A stretch of 64,000 nt of DNA, from the NCBI GenBank assembly GCA_964436855.1, contig CAYTED010000004.1:67627-131626 (forward strand), in the 5' to 3' direction. A model generated the notes under the pieces. The model had not been told where the DNA came from. It searched no databases and saw only the letters and a program-made list of their open reading frames with translations. Origin of the DNA: an uncultured Bdellovibrionales bacterium. GTDB lineage: Bacteria; Patescibacteriota; Minisyncoccia; Moranbacterales; UBA1568. This document shows, in pieces, positions 45,873-56,396 of the stretch (its first letter is position 1; each line of letters opens with the position of its first letter). The position numbers and the translations under genes were made by a program.

Positions 45873-47465
45873 CTACCACGAAAAAAGCTTTGATTCTTTC
45901 CGAATCACCTTCCCGGAACGAGCGCCGGAAAACACCCCCTCGGTAATCGTCGGGACACCATTCACAAGCACCCAATCGACCCCGATCGGATACTGGTACG
46001 GACTTTCTTCGGTTGCGGTATCGGCAATGCGACTTGGATCGAGCACCACTACATCCGCAGCATATCCTTCACGCAAGAATCCGCGATTTTTAATATGGAA
46101 TCTTTCCGCTGGAAATCCGGTCATTTTTCGAATTGCCTCTTCCCAAGACAAAATCTTTTCATCGCGAACATATCGTCCAAGAACGCGCGGAAATGTTCCG
46201 AAGCTTCGAGGATGCACCATTTCCCCGGAAGATTGAGATTGGAGAGAATATCCGGAACCATTTGATGATACAATAGCGAACGGATGCTGTAATCCGTGAC
46301 GAATATTATGCTCGGAAAGAGACTCGATCGATACAATAGCTCGACCGTCACTTGCAAGCAAAAGATCGATAATCACATCTTCCGGGTACTTCTCCTGCGA
46401 TTGCGCGATATCGAGAATGCGTCGACGAGACAGCATTTTGGAAAGCGAAGAGGAAAGAACCGACATCGAAGCGTAATCAATACCGCTCTTTCGCATTTCA
46501 CGCACCACATTGTTTCGCGTGAGTGTATTCTTCAAATGGTTGAGCATTATTTTCCGACCTCCTTCGGTTACCCATTCCGGAAGAAAAGTATAAAGCACCG
46601 ATCCGGTTGTCGTGTACGGATAGATATCAAAACTGATGCGAAGCCCGTCAAGATCCGCGGCCTCGATCATCGAAAGCGCCTCCTCGAATAAATTCCAATG
46701 TTTTCGCCCGACTGCTTTCAAATGCGATATATGAAGCGGCGCTTTCGCTTCTTTCGCGGTTGTTATCGCTTCAACGATTGACGAGAGTAAATCCTCCGAC
46801 TCATTCCGCAGATAGGTAACATAAAGCCCCTCGTATTTTCCAGACACTTCTGCAAGATCAAGAATTTCGCTCGGGGTCGCACTTTTTGCATGGGTATAGC
46901 AAAGCCCGGTCGAAAGCCCGATCGCCCCTTCTTTCATTGATCGTTTTAAAAGATGCTCCATCACCGAAATATCATCCTCTTTTACCATGCGCATCACATC
47001 ATGGAGAACTCCGCGACGAATTGTTCCGTGTCCCACGAGCGTCGCGAAGTTCGTCGAGAGTTTTTTCTTTTCCACCTCCGCAAGAAAATCCTTCATCGAA
47101 AGCCAATTAAAGGTAATTTTTTCCACATCGGTCCACTTCTGAATCGAGCGGATCGCATCTTTGGAAACAAGCGGTGCAAGCGATGACCCGGCATTCCCGC
47201 CAATAAGAGTCGTTATGCCCTGACGAACCATACTTTCAAGATTTGGTTCGCGAAATATTTGCCAATACACGTCCGAATGATTATTCACATCAATAAATCC
47301 GGGAACGACATACTTTCCTTCGGCGTCAATCACTCGCTCCCCTCCTTCATTGCGAAGGTCACCGATTGCAACAATCGCTTCTTCTTTGACGCCAATATCA
47401 GCACGAAACATCGGTTTCCCCGAACCGTCGATTACCGTGCCGTTTTTAATCAGAGTGTCGAACAT
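45873..47465 (-). CDS. Amidohydrolase-family protein (N-acyl-D-amino-acid deacylase-like)
   Basis: LIKNGTVIDGSG N-terminus and metal-dependent amidohydrolase fold. ORF track to 47561. Confidence 0.6.
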   Translation of the reverse strand: MFDTLIKNGTVIDGSGKPMFRADIGVKEEAIVAIGDLRNEGGERVIDAEGKYVVPGFIDVNNHSDVYWQIFREPNLESMVRQGITTLIGGNAGSSLAPLVSKDAIRSIQKWTDVEKITFNWLSMKDFLAEVEKKKLSTNFATLVGHGTIRRGVLHDVMRMVKEDDISVMEHLLKRSMKEGAIGLSTGLCYTHAKSATPSEILDLAEVSGKYEGLYVTYLRNESEDLLSSIVEAITTAKEAKAPLHISHLKAVGRKHWNLFEEALSMIEAADLDGLRISFDIYPYTTTGSVLYTFLPEWVTEGGRKIMLNHLKNTLTRNNVVREMRKSGIDYASMSVLSSSLSKMLSRRRILDIAQSQEKYPEDVIIDLLLASDGRAIVSIESLSEHNIRHGLQHPFAIVSSNGSGYSLQSQSSGEMVHPRSFGTFPRVLGRYVRDEKILSWEEAIRKMTGFPAERFHIKNRGFLREGYAADVVVLDPSRIADTATEESPYQYPIGVDWVLVNGVPTITEGVFSGARSGKVIRKESKLFSW

Positions 47466-47509
47466 TGAGAAGAAGATAACAAATAATAGAAAATGCCAAT
47501 CAAAATCAT

Positions 47510-48511
47510 TTACTTTGTAACGAGAGCGGCCATCTCCACAAGACGATTCGAATACCCCCATTCATTATCGTACCACGCAATCACCTTCACAAAATCCCCA
47601 TCAATCACCTTTGTCAACGAAAGATCAACGATACTCGATCGCGGATCGCCAATAAAATCCGAGGAAACAAGCGGCTCTTTCGTTACTCCAAGTACGCCAT
47701 GGTAACTCGGATCTTTCGATGCCTCCGTCAACGCAGCATTCACTTCTTCAGCCGTTGTTTTTTTCTTCAAAAGAAAGGTGAAGTCCGTCACCGAAACAAC
47801 AATCGTGGGCACCCGAAGCGAAAGCCCATCAAACAACCCTTGAAGCGACGGCATCACTTCGGTAACAGCAATCGCTGCGCCGGTCGTCGTCGGAACAATA
47901 TTCTGCGCCGCCGCGCGGGCACGACGCATATCTTTATGTGGACCATCTTGCAGATTCTGATCCTGCGTATACGAATGTATTGTTGTCATCATCGCCTTTG
48001 CGATACCAAACTTCGACTCAAGCACTCGCGCCACCGGTGCAAGACAATTGGTCGTACACGATGCGTTAGAAACAACCACTTCATCCTCATACGCCCGATC
48101 ATTCACGCCAACAAGGTATGTCTTTACATCATCGCCCCCGCCTTTTGCAGGAGCCGAAAGCACAACTTTCTTTGCACCGGATTGCAAATGCTTCGCAGCG
48201 GAATCTTTTTCTACGAATCGGCCCGTGCATTCAAGCACCACATCAACATCAAGCACGGCCCATGGAAGCTTGGTTGGATCCGGTTCCGAAAACACCGGGA
48301 TACGCTTCTCGTCGACAACAAGGGCGTCGTTTTCGACAGAAACACTCCGGCGATACGCTCCATACGCGGTATCGTGAAGAAGAAGATGCGCAAGCGTTTT
48401 CGCATCCGTCAGATCATTTATTCCAACAATTTCCATATCATCTCGCTCAAGCGCGATTTTTAATGCTGCACGACCGATGCGACCAAATCCATTTATAGCT
48501 ACTCGAATCAT
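47510..48511 (-). CDS. gap: Glyceraldehyde-3-phosphate dehydrogenase
   Basis: INGFGRIGR NAD-binding motif and catalytic SCTTNCLAP. Confidence 0.9.
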   Translation of the reverse strand: MIRVAINGFGRIGRAALKIALERDDMEIVGINDLTDAKTLAHLLLHDTAYGAYRRSVSVENDALVVDEKRIPVFSEPDPTKLPWAVLDVDVVLECTGRFVEKDSAAKHLQSGAKKVVLSAPAKGGGDDVKTYLVGVNDRAYEDEVVVSNASCTTNCLAPVARVLESKFGIAKAMMTTIHSYTQDQNLQDGPHKDMRRARAAAQNIVPTTTGAAIAVTEVMPSLQGLFDGLSLRVPTIVVSVTDFTFLLKKKTTAEEVNAALTEASKDPSYHGVLGVTKEPLVSSDFIGDPRSSIVDLSLTKVIDGDFVKVIAWYDNEWGYSNRLVEMAALVTK

Positions 48512-48512
48512 A

Positions 48513-48640
48513 GTTTCAAAATCAAAATTTAAAAATCAAAGTGAAAAATGACAATCAAAAGTTCAGGATGGACAAGCGAGAAAACCCGAAAAATTTTTCA
48601 TTTTGCATTGTCATTTTTATTTTTGATATTTTCATTTTAC
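48513..48640. repeat. MITE-like inverted-repeat element, family B, copy 3
   Basis: caaaatttaaaaatcaaagtgaaaaatgacaatcaaaag ... cattgtcatttttatttttgatatttt read in the sequence. Confidence 0.6.
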
Positions 48641-48645
48641 ATTTT

Positions 48646-49503
48646 CTACACCTTTCCCGCTCCTCCGTACATTTCAATCTTCTCCTTCACCACCGTTTTT
48701 ACTGCTTCCATTCCAACGCCGAGCAACTTCCGAATGTCCGTCTCATCATTTTCAGTAAATCGCTTTTTCGTCGCTCCGATAAAGGCAAGCCGAACCGAGG
48801 TATCAACATTAAAACAACTGATCCCCATACCAATCACCGTTCGTACCCGTTCTCGATTCCAATCCGACGATCCGTGCAAAACAAGCGGGATGGAAATTTG
48901 TTCCGCAATCGCCTTCAGTCTTTCATAGTCCGGTTCTTCTCGCTCCTGAAAAAATCCATGCGCATTACCGATCGCGACCGCGAGCGTATCGATTCCCGTC
49001 TCTTGGACAAATTCAACCGCCTGTATCGGATCGGTCATATATTTTTCCCAATCTACCGACTGCATATCGGTCTCTCCAAGGTACGGCACATTTCCAAGTT
49101 CGGCTTGCACAGAAATATTTCGCATATGTGCAAGATTGACGATTTTTTTTGTAACCATCAAATTGTCGACATACTCCTTCCGCGACCCGTCATACATGAC
49201 CGACGTGAAGCCGATTTCCATCGCCCGCTCCACCACCTCAAAACTCTTCCCATGATCAAGGTGGATACCGATCGGAATATTCGGCGCATAACACTCGGCC
49301 ATTGTTTTGATCGCGTTGAAAATCGCTCGTCCGCCAATATAGTCAAAAGTTTTTTCAGTTACCTGTACAATCACCGGCGATCCCATTTCTTTCGCAGCAA
49401 GAATAATTGCCCGAGTTGTTTCCAAGTTCACCGTATTAAAAGCACCGATAGCATATCCTTCCGATCGAGCCTTTTCGAGCATCTCGCGAACATTTGTTAT
49501 CAT
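48646..49503 (-). CDS. fba: Class II fructose-bisphosphate aldolase
   Basis: Class II FBA/tagatose-bisphosphate aldolase core (IGIHLDHG, LHGSS). Confidence 0.85.
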   Translation of the reverse strand: MITNVREMLEKARSEGYAIGAFNTVNLETTRAIILAAKEMGSPVIVQVTEKTFDYIGGRAIFNAIKTMAECYAPNIPIGIHLDHGKSFEVVERAMEIGFTSVMYDGSRKEYVDNLMVTKKIVNLAHMRNISVQAELGNVPYLGETDMQSVDWEKYMTDPIQAVEFVQETGIDTLAVAIGNAHGFFQEREEPDYERLKAIAEQISIPLVLHGSSDWNRERVRTVIGMGISCFNVDTSVRLAFIGATKKRFTENDETDIRKLLGVGMEAVKTVVKEKIEMYGGAGKV

Positions 49504-49514
49504 AATATTTTTTC

Positions 49515-50306
49515 TTATTCTTTTTCTTCCTCTTTTTGTTTTTGTTCAAACACTTCAAACATCTCTCCCATTTTTACCATTTCGTGCGGAGAAAGACTTT
49601 CCCTCCCCACAAGCGCCCCATCCATTCCCGCCGCAAGACACACGTCATTCAGTATCGTTGACTTCACCGATCCGCCATAGAGTACCGGTATTCGATCGGC
49701 CGTCTTCGGGTCAAACAATTCCGAAAGAATTTTCCGTATCAAAATTCTCATTTCAAAGATTTCATCGGTTGTTGGTGTTGTGTCGTTTCCGATCGCCCAA
49801 CGCGGTTCATATGCAATAATAATTTTTTCCGCTTGTAATTTTGAAAGTCCTTCAAACCCAGACCGAATCATTCGCTCAATCACCACCGCCGTCTCATCTG
49901 CCTCGCGCTCCTCCTTTGTCTCTCCCACACAAAAAATCGACCGGAGAAGACTCTTCCCCGCAGCATCAATTTTCTTTCGAATCATTTCGTCCGTTTCTCC
50001 AAAGTACGATCGTCGCTCGCTGTGCCCAAGAATGACGTATTCTGCACCAAACCGCTTCAGCATCTCTGGAGAAGTCTCTCCCGTATACGACCCCTCCTTT
50101 TCAAAAAAAGCGTTTTGCCCACCAAGGTAGATTCCTTGTGGCAGCATTTCCGAAGCGATACCGAACGATATCAAGGGCGGACAGACGATACACTCCACAT
50201 TCCGGAAACTTTTCCCCTCCATCTCCCGTGCAAAAACAGAAAGGTACTGCCGCACATCATCCGGAAAAAGCAAGTTCATTTTCAGATTACCAACGAGATA
50301 TTTCAT
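49515..50306 (-). CDS. tpiA: Triosephosphate isomerase
   Basis: NLKMN, GHSERR and AYEPRWAIG motifs. ORF track to 50366. ATG at 50304-50306. Confidence 0.9.
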   Translation of the reverse strand: MKYLVGNLKMNLLFPDDVRQYLSVFAREMEGKSFRNVECIVCPPLISFGIASEMLPQGIYLGGQNAFFEKEGSYTGETSPEMLKRFGAEYVILGHSERRSYFGETDEMIRKKIDAAGKSLLRSIFCVGETKEEREADETAVVIERMIRSGFEGLSKLQAEKIIIAYEPRWAIGNDTTPTTDEIFEMRILIRKILSELFDPKTADRIPVLYGGSVKSTILNDVCLAAGMDGALVGRESLSPHEMVKMGEMFEVFEQKQKEEEKE

Positions 50307-50344
50307 AGAGCGTGTAGCGAAACGCAAACGTACAAGAAATTCAA

Positions 50345-50485
50345 CAAAAAAACACAAACCTCGCAAAACACAGAAACCAAACAGGGCATGGAAACAAAAA
50401 ACTTCAAAACACGAAATGCTATGTCCTTATTTTCTGTTTTGGAATTTTTGCTTTGTTTGGTTTTTGTGTTTTGAGTACTGTGCTT
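50345..50485. repeat. MITE-like inverted-repeat element, family A, copy 2, with about 22-bp terminal inverted repeats
   Basis: Left gcaaaacacagaaaccaaacagg (50364-50388) and right ctttgtttggtttttgtgttttg (50450-50473) are reverse complements. Confidence 0.65.
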
Positions 50486-50516
50486 TTCCTCAAAGCAATC
50501 GTTTTTCAAAATACCC

Positions 50517-51539
50517 TTACAATTGCCCCCGCAAAAACTCCGCTGCTTTCTCCGGCTCGATCATCGATATTTCGATACCCGTTGAAAGCTCAAATCCCGC
50601 CCACGTCGCTGTTTTTGGAAGAATTTCGATATGCCACTGATAGTGTGGGTAATCCCTTCCGTTGCACGGTGCCGTGTGGATATAAAAATTATACGCCGGG
50701 TCTCCAAGTCCCTTCCAAATCGAAAACATCGCTTTTTGCATCGCCTCGCCGAGAGAAAATTTCTCTTCATTGGTTACTCGTTCAAAGTATGGATTTGGTC
50801 GTTTCCCAACAATCCATGTTTCAAACGCGGCGCGTGATGCAAACGGGCAAAACACGAGAAAATCATCATTCTCGTATACCACGCGAACTTTTTCTGATCG
50901 CTCGTACTCCGTCATCACTTCATAGACTTTTTTCCGATTCGCACGATAATACACTTCTGCACCATCGAGCTCAAGCTCGATATAGGGCGAGATGACCGGG
51001 ATGGCCATCAGCTGCGAATGCGGATGAGCGATTGATGCCCCTACTTCTTTTCCATGATTGTGAAAAATTTGGATATAATTGACGCTCTTTTTATTCATAA
51101 GAGAGAGGTATCGATCCTGATACGCATCAAAAAGCTCCGCTACCTGCCATACCTCCAGTTCGGCAATCGACCTTTTTGGATCGCGCGTTACAATAACTTC
51201 ATGATACCCAACTCCCGACATCGAAAAATACGGGCCTTTCGAAAGATTTTTCACTGTGCGCCCGCGAATAAATGCCGGATACTTATTTGGAAACACCCGA
51301 AGACTCCAGTCCCCACCCGGACGATTGTATATCAAAACATCTTTTTCTTGTCCACTTGCTTCCGGATGCTCAAATGGGTCGCTCGGATTCATACCTTCCG
51401 CGCGTTTGGTTGTCGACGCGAACTCATCAGGACGCTTCGCGCGACCTGTCGCAATAACCACCCAGTCCCCGGTTACTATGTCCTGCCGAAGTTCCGACTC
51501 ATATCCGATCGATTGTTTTTTTTCTTTCTCCTCACTCAC
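50517..51539 (-). CDS. galT: Galactose-1-phosphate uridylyltransferase
   Basis: HIT-like HxHxQ (IAHPHSQL) and GalT N-terminal region. Confidence 0.75.
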   Translation of the reverse strand: MSEEKEKKQSIGYESELRQDIVTGDWVVIATGRAKRPDEFASTTKRAEGMNPSDPFEHPEASGQEKDVLIYNRPGGDWSLRVFPNKYPAFIRGRTVKNLSKGPYFSMSGVGYHEVIVTRDPKRSIAELEVWQVAELFDAYQDRYLSLMNKKSVNYIQIFHNHGKEVGASIAHPHSQLMAIPVISPYIELELDGAEVYYRANRKKVYEVMTEYERSEKVRVVYENDDFLVFCPFASRAAFETWIVGKRPNPYFERVTNEEKFSLGEAMQKAMFSIWKGLGDPAYNFYIHTAPCNGRDYPHYQWHIEILPKTATWAGFELSTGIEISMIEPEKAAEFLRGQL

Positions 51540-51580
51540 ACGCTTTTTCTTTTTGTTGATGTTGACTGTGTACCATCACG

Positions 51581-52357
51581 CTATGCCATCGCCGCCATAC
51601 GCTTCTTTCTTCCATCGCGAAGACGATAGAAGCCGAACCAAATCCGAAACCGAGTTTTAAAAAGATCGATAAACACTCGAATGTAACCATTCGGCCCGAA
51701 AAGCCTCACAGTCGATCCTTCGACATTCAGCCACCGGACTGGAAGCTGCTTTATCCTAAAACCAAGGCGCTCGGAAAGGGTAATGAGTTCAAAATCAAAT
51801 CCGAATCGATCCACTACCATCCGACTCGCTATAAGATCCGCCGCAACATCCGTCATCATCTTAAATCCGCACTGCGTATCGGGATACTTCCAAAGCCCAA
51901 GCACAATTCGAATTGCCCAATTTCCCATATCTCCGAAAAGCTCCCGCCATTTCGGTTGGTGCACGGCAACCTGCGAGTTTTTGTGATCACGCGATCCGAT
52001 CACAACATCAAACCCATTTCCAAACTCCGGGAAAAACGTATCGAGATGCGTAATTGATGTGGATCCGTCGGCATCGAGAAATACCCGATACTTTCCTTTT
52101 CCTTCGAGAAGCCCCTGCCGCACAACATACCCTTTTCCATGATTTTCCGAATTCTCGATTACGCGAAGATTCGCCACCTGATGCATATAATTCCGAGCAA
52201 TCTCGGCGGTATTGTCTGGAGATCCGTCTACAAATACGATAATTTCGTACGTATAATTTTTCCCCCTCAAATACTTGTCGATTTCAAGCAGATTTCTCCC
52301 GATACGATCCCCCTCTTTGTATGCGGGAATGAGAACACTTAAATATGGTTGCTCCAT
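51581..52357 (-). CDS. GT2-family glycosyltransferase (polyprenyl-phosphate sugar synthase, Dpm1/GtrB-like)
   Basis: LSVLIPAYKE, VDGSPDNT and FLDADGS (DxD) motifs of GT-A family 2. Confidence 0.75.
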   Translation of the reverse strand: MEQPYLSVLIPAYKEGDRIGRNLLEIDKYLRGKNYTYEIIVFVDGSPDNTAEIARNYMHQVANLRVIENSENHGKGYVVRQGLLEGKGKYRVFLDADGSTSITHLDTFFPEFGNGFDVVIGSRDHKNSQVAVHQPKWRELFGDMGNWAIRIVLGLWKYPDTQCGFKMMTDVAADLIASRMVVDRFGFDFELITLSERLGFRIKQLPVRWLNVEGSTVRLFGPNGYIRVFIDLFKTRFRIWFGFYRLRDGRKKRMAAMA

Positions 52358-52441
52358 AATAAAATAAGGTGATAAAGAATTTCTGAATCAATTATACCAC
52401 AACAATACACGCCCTCCCCGAAAGAACAACCGAAAAGCAGG

Positions 52442-53179
52442 TCAACCTCCAGGGCAACCATATGGTGTCGTGCTCCCAAGGTCAATCACAGGCGCACTGC
52501 TATTTGGAGCAGACTTCCCGTACCACGGAATAAAATCCGGGATTGCTGCAGTAACGCCGCACCGTGGGGTATACGAATATATTCCATCCACCGAAAGAAT
52601 AATCTTAACGGGAAACGAACCTCCGGTATTCAAAGCACAATAATCCAAGGCGCCACAACCAGGATACGTTTGCATTCCACCTCCACTCGGGGCATGAAGC
52701 GCTCCGTCACTGTCAACATAAATCATCACTGGCGATGCACCAAAAGCATCAAGTTTAAACTTCTGAGAATAATAACCGGAAAAGAGGCCCTTTCTATCAT
52801 TCTTAAGAACCGGGACGGTTCCAGTACCTCCACTATTCAACTCGCTCACCCACTTCCCAATCGATCCAACATAAAAATCGTTTGCATTCACAAAACCAGA
52901 CAGTCCTTTGGTATTATTTGGAAACGTCCCTATCCCAACATTTCCGTTGACAAGAGCATTCCCTCCAACACTAAAGCTCCCTAAAAGACCAAGTGACCCT
53001 TCCTTTGTTTGTATACCATTCGCTGTTGTTACTGATCCGAAAACGTTTCCCCCCGGAGGAGAAACTGTAGAGGGCGGATTCACCCACGCTCGAACTTCGC
53101 GGATACCAATCCCTACCAACAATCCAACCGCAAAAACGGACAGCCAGTACGTAAACCCACGAGAAAACACTCGGCTCAT
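52442..53179 (-). CDS. Hypothetical secreted or membrane-anchored Gly/Ser-rich protein
   Basis: N-terminal hydrophobic anchor (WLSVFAVGLLVGIGI). No recognisable domain. Confidence 0.4.
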   Translation of the reverse strand: MSRVFSRGFTYWLSVFAVGLLVGIGIREVRAWVNPPSTVSPPGGNVFGSVTTANGIQTKEGSLGLLGSFSVGGNALVNGNVGIGTFPNNTKGLSGFVNANDFYVGSIGKWVSELNSGGTGTVPVLKNDRKGLFSGYYSQKFKLDAFGASPVMIYVDSDGALHAPSGGGMQTYPGCGALDYCALNTGGSFPVKIILSVDGIYSYTPRCGVTAAIPDFIPWYGKSAPNSSAPVIDLGSTTPYGCPGG

Positions 53180-53280
53180 AATATTTCTTTAATGATTTCT
53201 GTTTTTCAAAACACGAAGATATTATACCATATCCAAAAAAAGAAAACACCCCGGGGTATCGGGGTGTATTCCGGAGTCGT

Positions 53281-53529
53281 TTACATTCGCTTCTTAATTT
53301 CACGGAGCGACTCTTCGTTAAATTTTCCAAACTTCTTCAATCGATCGATTTCCTTTCGGATTTTCACTTTATAGAGCGCTTCGTTCCGTCGCTTATCCTT
53401 ACTCTTTTCTTCCTGCTTAAAGCGGCCCTTGCGCGCCTTCTGCAGAACTCCTGACTGCTGCACGCGTCGCGAAAAACGACGAATGAGTCCTTCTGCGGTC
53501 TCTCGCTCCTTCCGTTTAATTTGAATCAT
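53281..53529 (-). CDS. rpsU: 30S ribosomal protein S21 (with C-terminal extension)
   Basis: IRRFSRRVQQSGVLQKARKGRFKQEEKSKDKRR resembles S21. ORF track to 53559. ATG at 53527-53529. Confidence 0.65.
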   Translation of the reverse strand: MIQIKRKERETAEGLIRRFSRRVQQSGVLQKARKGRFKQEEKSKDKRRNEALYKVKIRKEIDRLKKFGKFNEESLREIKKRM

Positions 53530-53679
53530 AAGAAAATACCTCCTTTCCGATTTCACCATTCAAAATTTTCACTTTTCAGCAAGGAAAGTGCCGCCATCCG
53601 CTCTGGAGCGCAGCCCCGACATTATATCGGAACGAACAGAAACAGGATGAAGAAATTCTCCTTGTTGAAAAAATACCTC

Positions 53680-54027
53680 TTATACCGGATGTATATTTTC
53701 CGATAACCGAGCACCCCCGAGCAGATGCAAGTGGATATGCCGTACCTCCTGTCCGCCATCCCGACCGGTACGGAAAAGCAGTTTATACCCTTTTTCGGAA
53801 ATATTCAAGTCCCGAGCGATATTCCTCGCCACGAGGATCATTCGCCCGACAAAAAGTGCATCAGAATCGGAAAGATCGTTGATCGTCTCAATCTCTTTCT
53901 TTGGAATAATAAGGATATGCACCGGCGCGATCGGATGAATATCCTTGAACGCAAGAATGTCATCATCCTCATAGACGATATCTGCCGGTATCTCTTTCCG
54001 AATGATTTTGCTAAACACGGTTTCCAT
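53680..54027 (-). CDS. HIT-family (Hint-like) nucleotide hydrolase
   Basis: Histidine triad HIHLHLLGG. Confidence 0.8.
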   Translation of the reverse strand: METVFSKIIRKEIPADIVYEDDDILAFKDIHPIAPVHILIIPKKEIETINDLSDSDALFVGRMILVARNIARDLNISEKGYKLLFRTGRDGGQEVRHIHLHLLGGARLSENIHPV

Positions 54028-54056
54028 AATACCTCCTCTGAACGATCCAATATCTG

Positions 54057-55550
54057 TTACCTGTTTGCTGTTTGCTTCTTCCCTTCCTCTTCCTCCTCAT
54101 CATCCTCATCCTCGCGAATCGGAACCTGCACGGAAAGTTCGGAGTTCGCCTTGAGAATTTTTTTCACCGCGAGAACAAGTTTTTCAAGCGACACGGTTTC
54201 CTGCGTTCCCGACACCATATCCTTTACGATCGCCGCGCCATCAAGCGCTTCTTTCTGACCGATAATCACCGTAATCTCCACGCCGAGCCGATTCGCCACA
54301 CGGAGTTGCGATTTGAGACTTCCCCGACCAAAGCTCTCCGCAAGGAGAATGCCATTCTTTTCGAGTTCGGAAAAAATTTTCAAGCTCTTTTTCTTCGCCA
54401 AATCGCCGAGTTGCGCAAGAAAAACACGCGGGCGCGGTTCTTCGTATGGTTTCACGGCCGTCCGTTTCATTTCAAGCACAATCCGATCAAGCCCGAGTCC
54501 GAAACCGATCGCCGGCGTCGATTCACCGCCGAGCGATTCGAGTAATCGATCATACCGTCCGCCACCGCCAAGTGAATAGTTTTTTCCATTCGCATCGGTC
54601 GAGCGGATTTCAAATACCGTCCGCGTATAATAATCAAGCCCGCGAACGAGACGCGTATTGATGGAATACGGAAGTTCGAGTTCATCGAGATACTCGAGAA
54701 GATGCTTAAAGTGGAGTCTCGATTCATCGTCAAGAAAGTCAATCATCTGCGGAGCGGTCGCTGTTAATTGGACGCATTTGTCTTCCTTGCAATCAAGAAT
54801 GCGAAGCGGATTCGAAATCAGGCGTTCCCGACAATTCTGACAAAGCTTGTGACGCTGCGACTCGAGAAATTTGATCAACGTTTTTTCATATACTTTTCGA
54901 GTTTCTTTGGTGCCGATGCTATTCAGTTGAAATTCGATATTCTTCAGACCGAGATCTCGCACCACGCGATACGCGAGTTGAATCGTTTGCGCGTCAAGAA
55001 TCGGATCGCTTTCGCCAAACATATCGAAATTCGCCTGCCAGTGTTCGCGGTAACGCCCTTCCTGCGGTCGATCATACCGAAACACCGGACCCATCGTAAA
55101 AAGCTTGATCGGTTTTGGAAGAATTCCCATTCCATGCTGAATATACGCACGACAAAGTCCCGCGGTCATTTCCGGGCGAAGCGCAACACGATCTCCTCCG
55201 CGCGTATTGAAAAGATAGATTTCCTTATCGATGATATCCGTTCCCTCGCCAATCGAACGGAGGTAGAGGTGCGCGTATTCAACCGTCGGCAAATCAATGC
55301 GTCGAAAGCCATACTCTTCTGATGCTTTGGAGAGAATTCTTCGCACGCGCTCCCAATACGGTTGCTCTGCCGGCAAAATATCCCGCATACCGCGAAGCGC
55401 CTGCAAAAGCATTTCCGTCTCCATCGGAACCGGAGGAGACGCCTTTTTGGGGAGCGCTTCTTTTTTCTTGTACGAAGTCACCGAAGCGGGTTTCTTTTTC
55501 GGAGAAACCGCCTTTTTCAAAACAACGGATTTTTTCTTCTGTGTCGACAT
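54057..55550 (-). CDS. hisS: Histidyl-tRNA synthetase with a Lys-rich N-terminal extension
   Basis: LRGMRDILPAEQ, class II motifs and a C-terminal anticodon-binding domain. ORF track to 55568. Start uncertain (55550 or 55424). Confidence 0.85.
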   Translation of the reverse strand: MSTQKKKSVVLKKAVSPKKKPASVTSYKKKEALPKKASPPVPMETEMLLQALRGMRDILPAEQPYWERVRRILSKASEEYGFRRIDLPTVEYAHLYLRSIGEGTDIIDKEIYLFNTRGGDRVALRPEMTAGLCRAYIQHGMGILPKPIKLFTMGPVFRYDRPQEGRYREHWQANFDMFGESDPILDAQTIQLAYRVVRDLGLKNIEFQLNSIGTKETRKVYEKTLIKFLESQRHKLCQNCRERLISNPLRILDCKEDKCVQLTATAPQMIDFLDDESRLHFKHLLEYLDELELPYSINTRLVRGLDYYTRTVFEIRSTDANGKNYSLGGGGRYDRLLESLGGESTPAIGFGLGLDRIVLEMKRTAVKPYEEPRPRVFLAQLGDLAKKKSLKIFSELEKNGILLAESFGRGSLKSQLRVANRLGVEITVIIGQKEALDGAAIVKDMVSGTQETVSLEKLVLAVKKILKANSELSVQVPIREDEDDEEEEEGKKQTANR

Positions 55551-55605
55551 ACGCAAGAAACCAATCAATGATTATTCGGTGAACATCCCTCCAAAAAATC
55601 CTCTC

Positions 55606-56262
55606 TTAATGAAACCCTTGGACCGAAAACGGCCATACCCGAACACCGACTCGTCCGATAATTTTTTTCTCATCAATCGGACCAATCGCGCGCGAATCAT
55701 AGCTCGCCTGCCGATTGTCTCCAAGAACAAAAAACTCCCCCTTGCCAAGCGTAACCTTGAGAGTTTCCGACATCGTTACTCCTTTGGGAAGAAATCCGCT
55801 CTCATCGATTTGAAATCCGGATGGATGCTCTTCATTGAAAATAAAAACTTTTGAGTTTTTTATCTCGACGGTTTCTCCGGGAAGTCCGATGACCCGTTTA
55901 ATAAAAAAAGTGCTTGGATCCTTCGGGTATCGGAATACAATCACATCCAGCCGCTTCGGATCGCGGAACGCTTCAACGGAAAAATGGAGATTGTCTCCGA
56001 GTCTGACCTCGGTTGTCTTATACCCGAATTCACTCACAATCAGATAATCTCCGTCCGAGAAATTCGGCTCCATACTGGAACCCTGCACGAAGAATGGTTG
56101 GAAGAGAAAAACTTTGACAGGTATAATAATAAGAGCGGCAAAGAGAAACACTTTGACAAGCTCAAAAAACGACCCGAGAACGGTTTCTTCTTTTTCCGGA
56201 AGTTCTCCCGTTAAACGCTCGGGATCTTGCTCGCGAAATGAATCTGACATACAAGATAACAA
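55606..56262 (-). CDS. lepB: Signal peptidase I
   Basis: GSSMEP (catalytic Ser box) and GDNRQASYDSR (box E). Confidence 0.85.
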   Translation of the reverse strand: MLSCMSDSFREQDPERLTGELPEKEETVLGSFFELVKVFLFAALIIIPVKVFLFQPFFVQGSSMEPNFSDGDYLIVSEFGYKTTEVRLGDNLHFSVEAFRDPKRLDVIVFRYPKDPSTFFIKRVIGLPGETVEIKNSKVFIFNEEHPSGFQIDESGFLPKGVTMSETLKVTLGKGEFFVLGDNRQASYDSRAIGPIDEKKIIGRVGVRVWPFSVQGFH

Positions 56263-56396
56263 AGAAAGAGTGAGATGAAAGAGAAAATGTCTTCAAACGA
56301 ATACGCAAGAAAACGAAACGTCCTCATCGTATCACGTTTGTAGACTCCTTTCAAGCCTCGAATTTTGCTTTATAAAAAGCATTTTTTCAAAAAAGT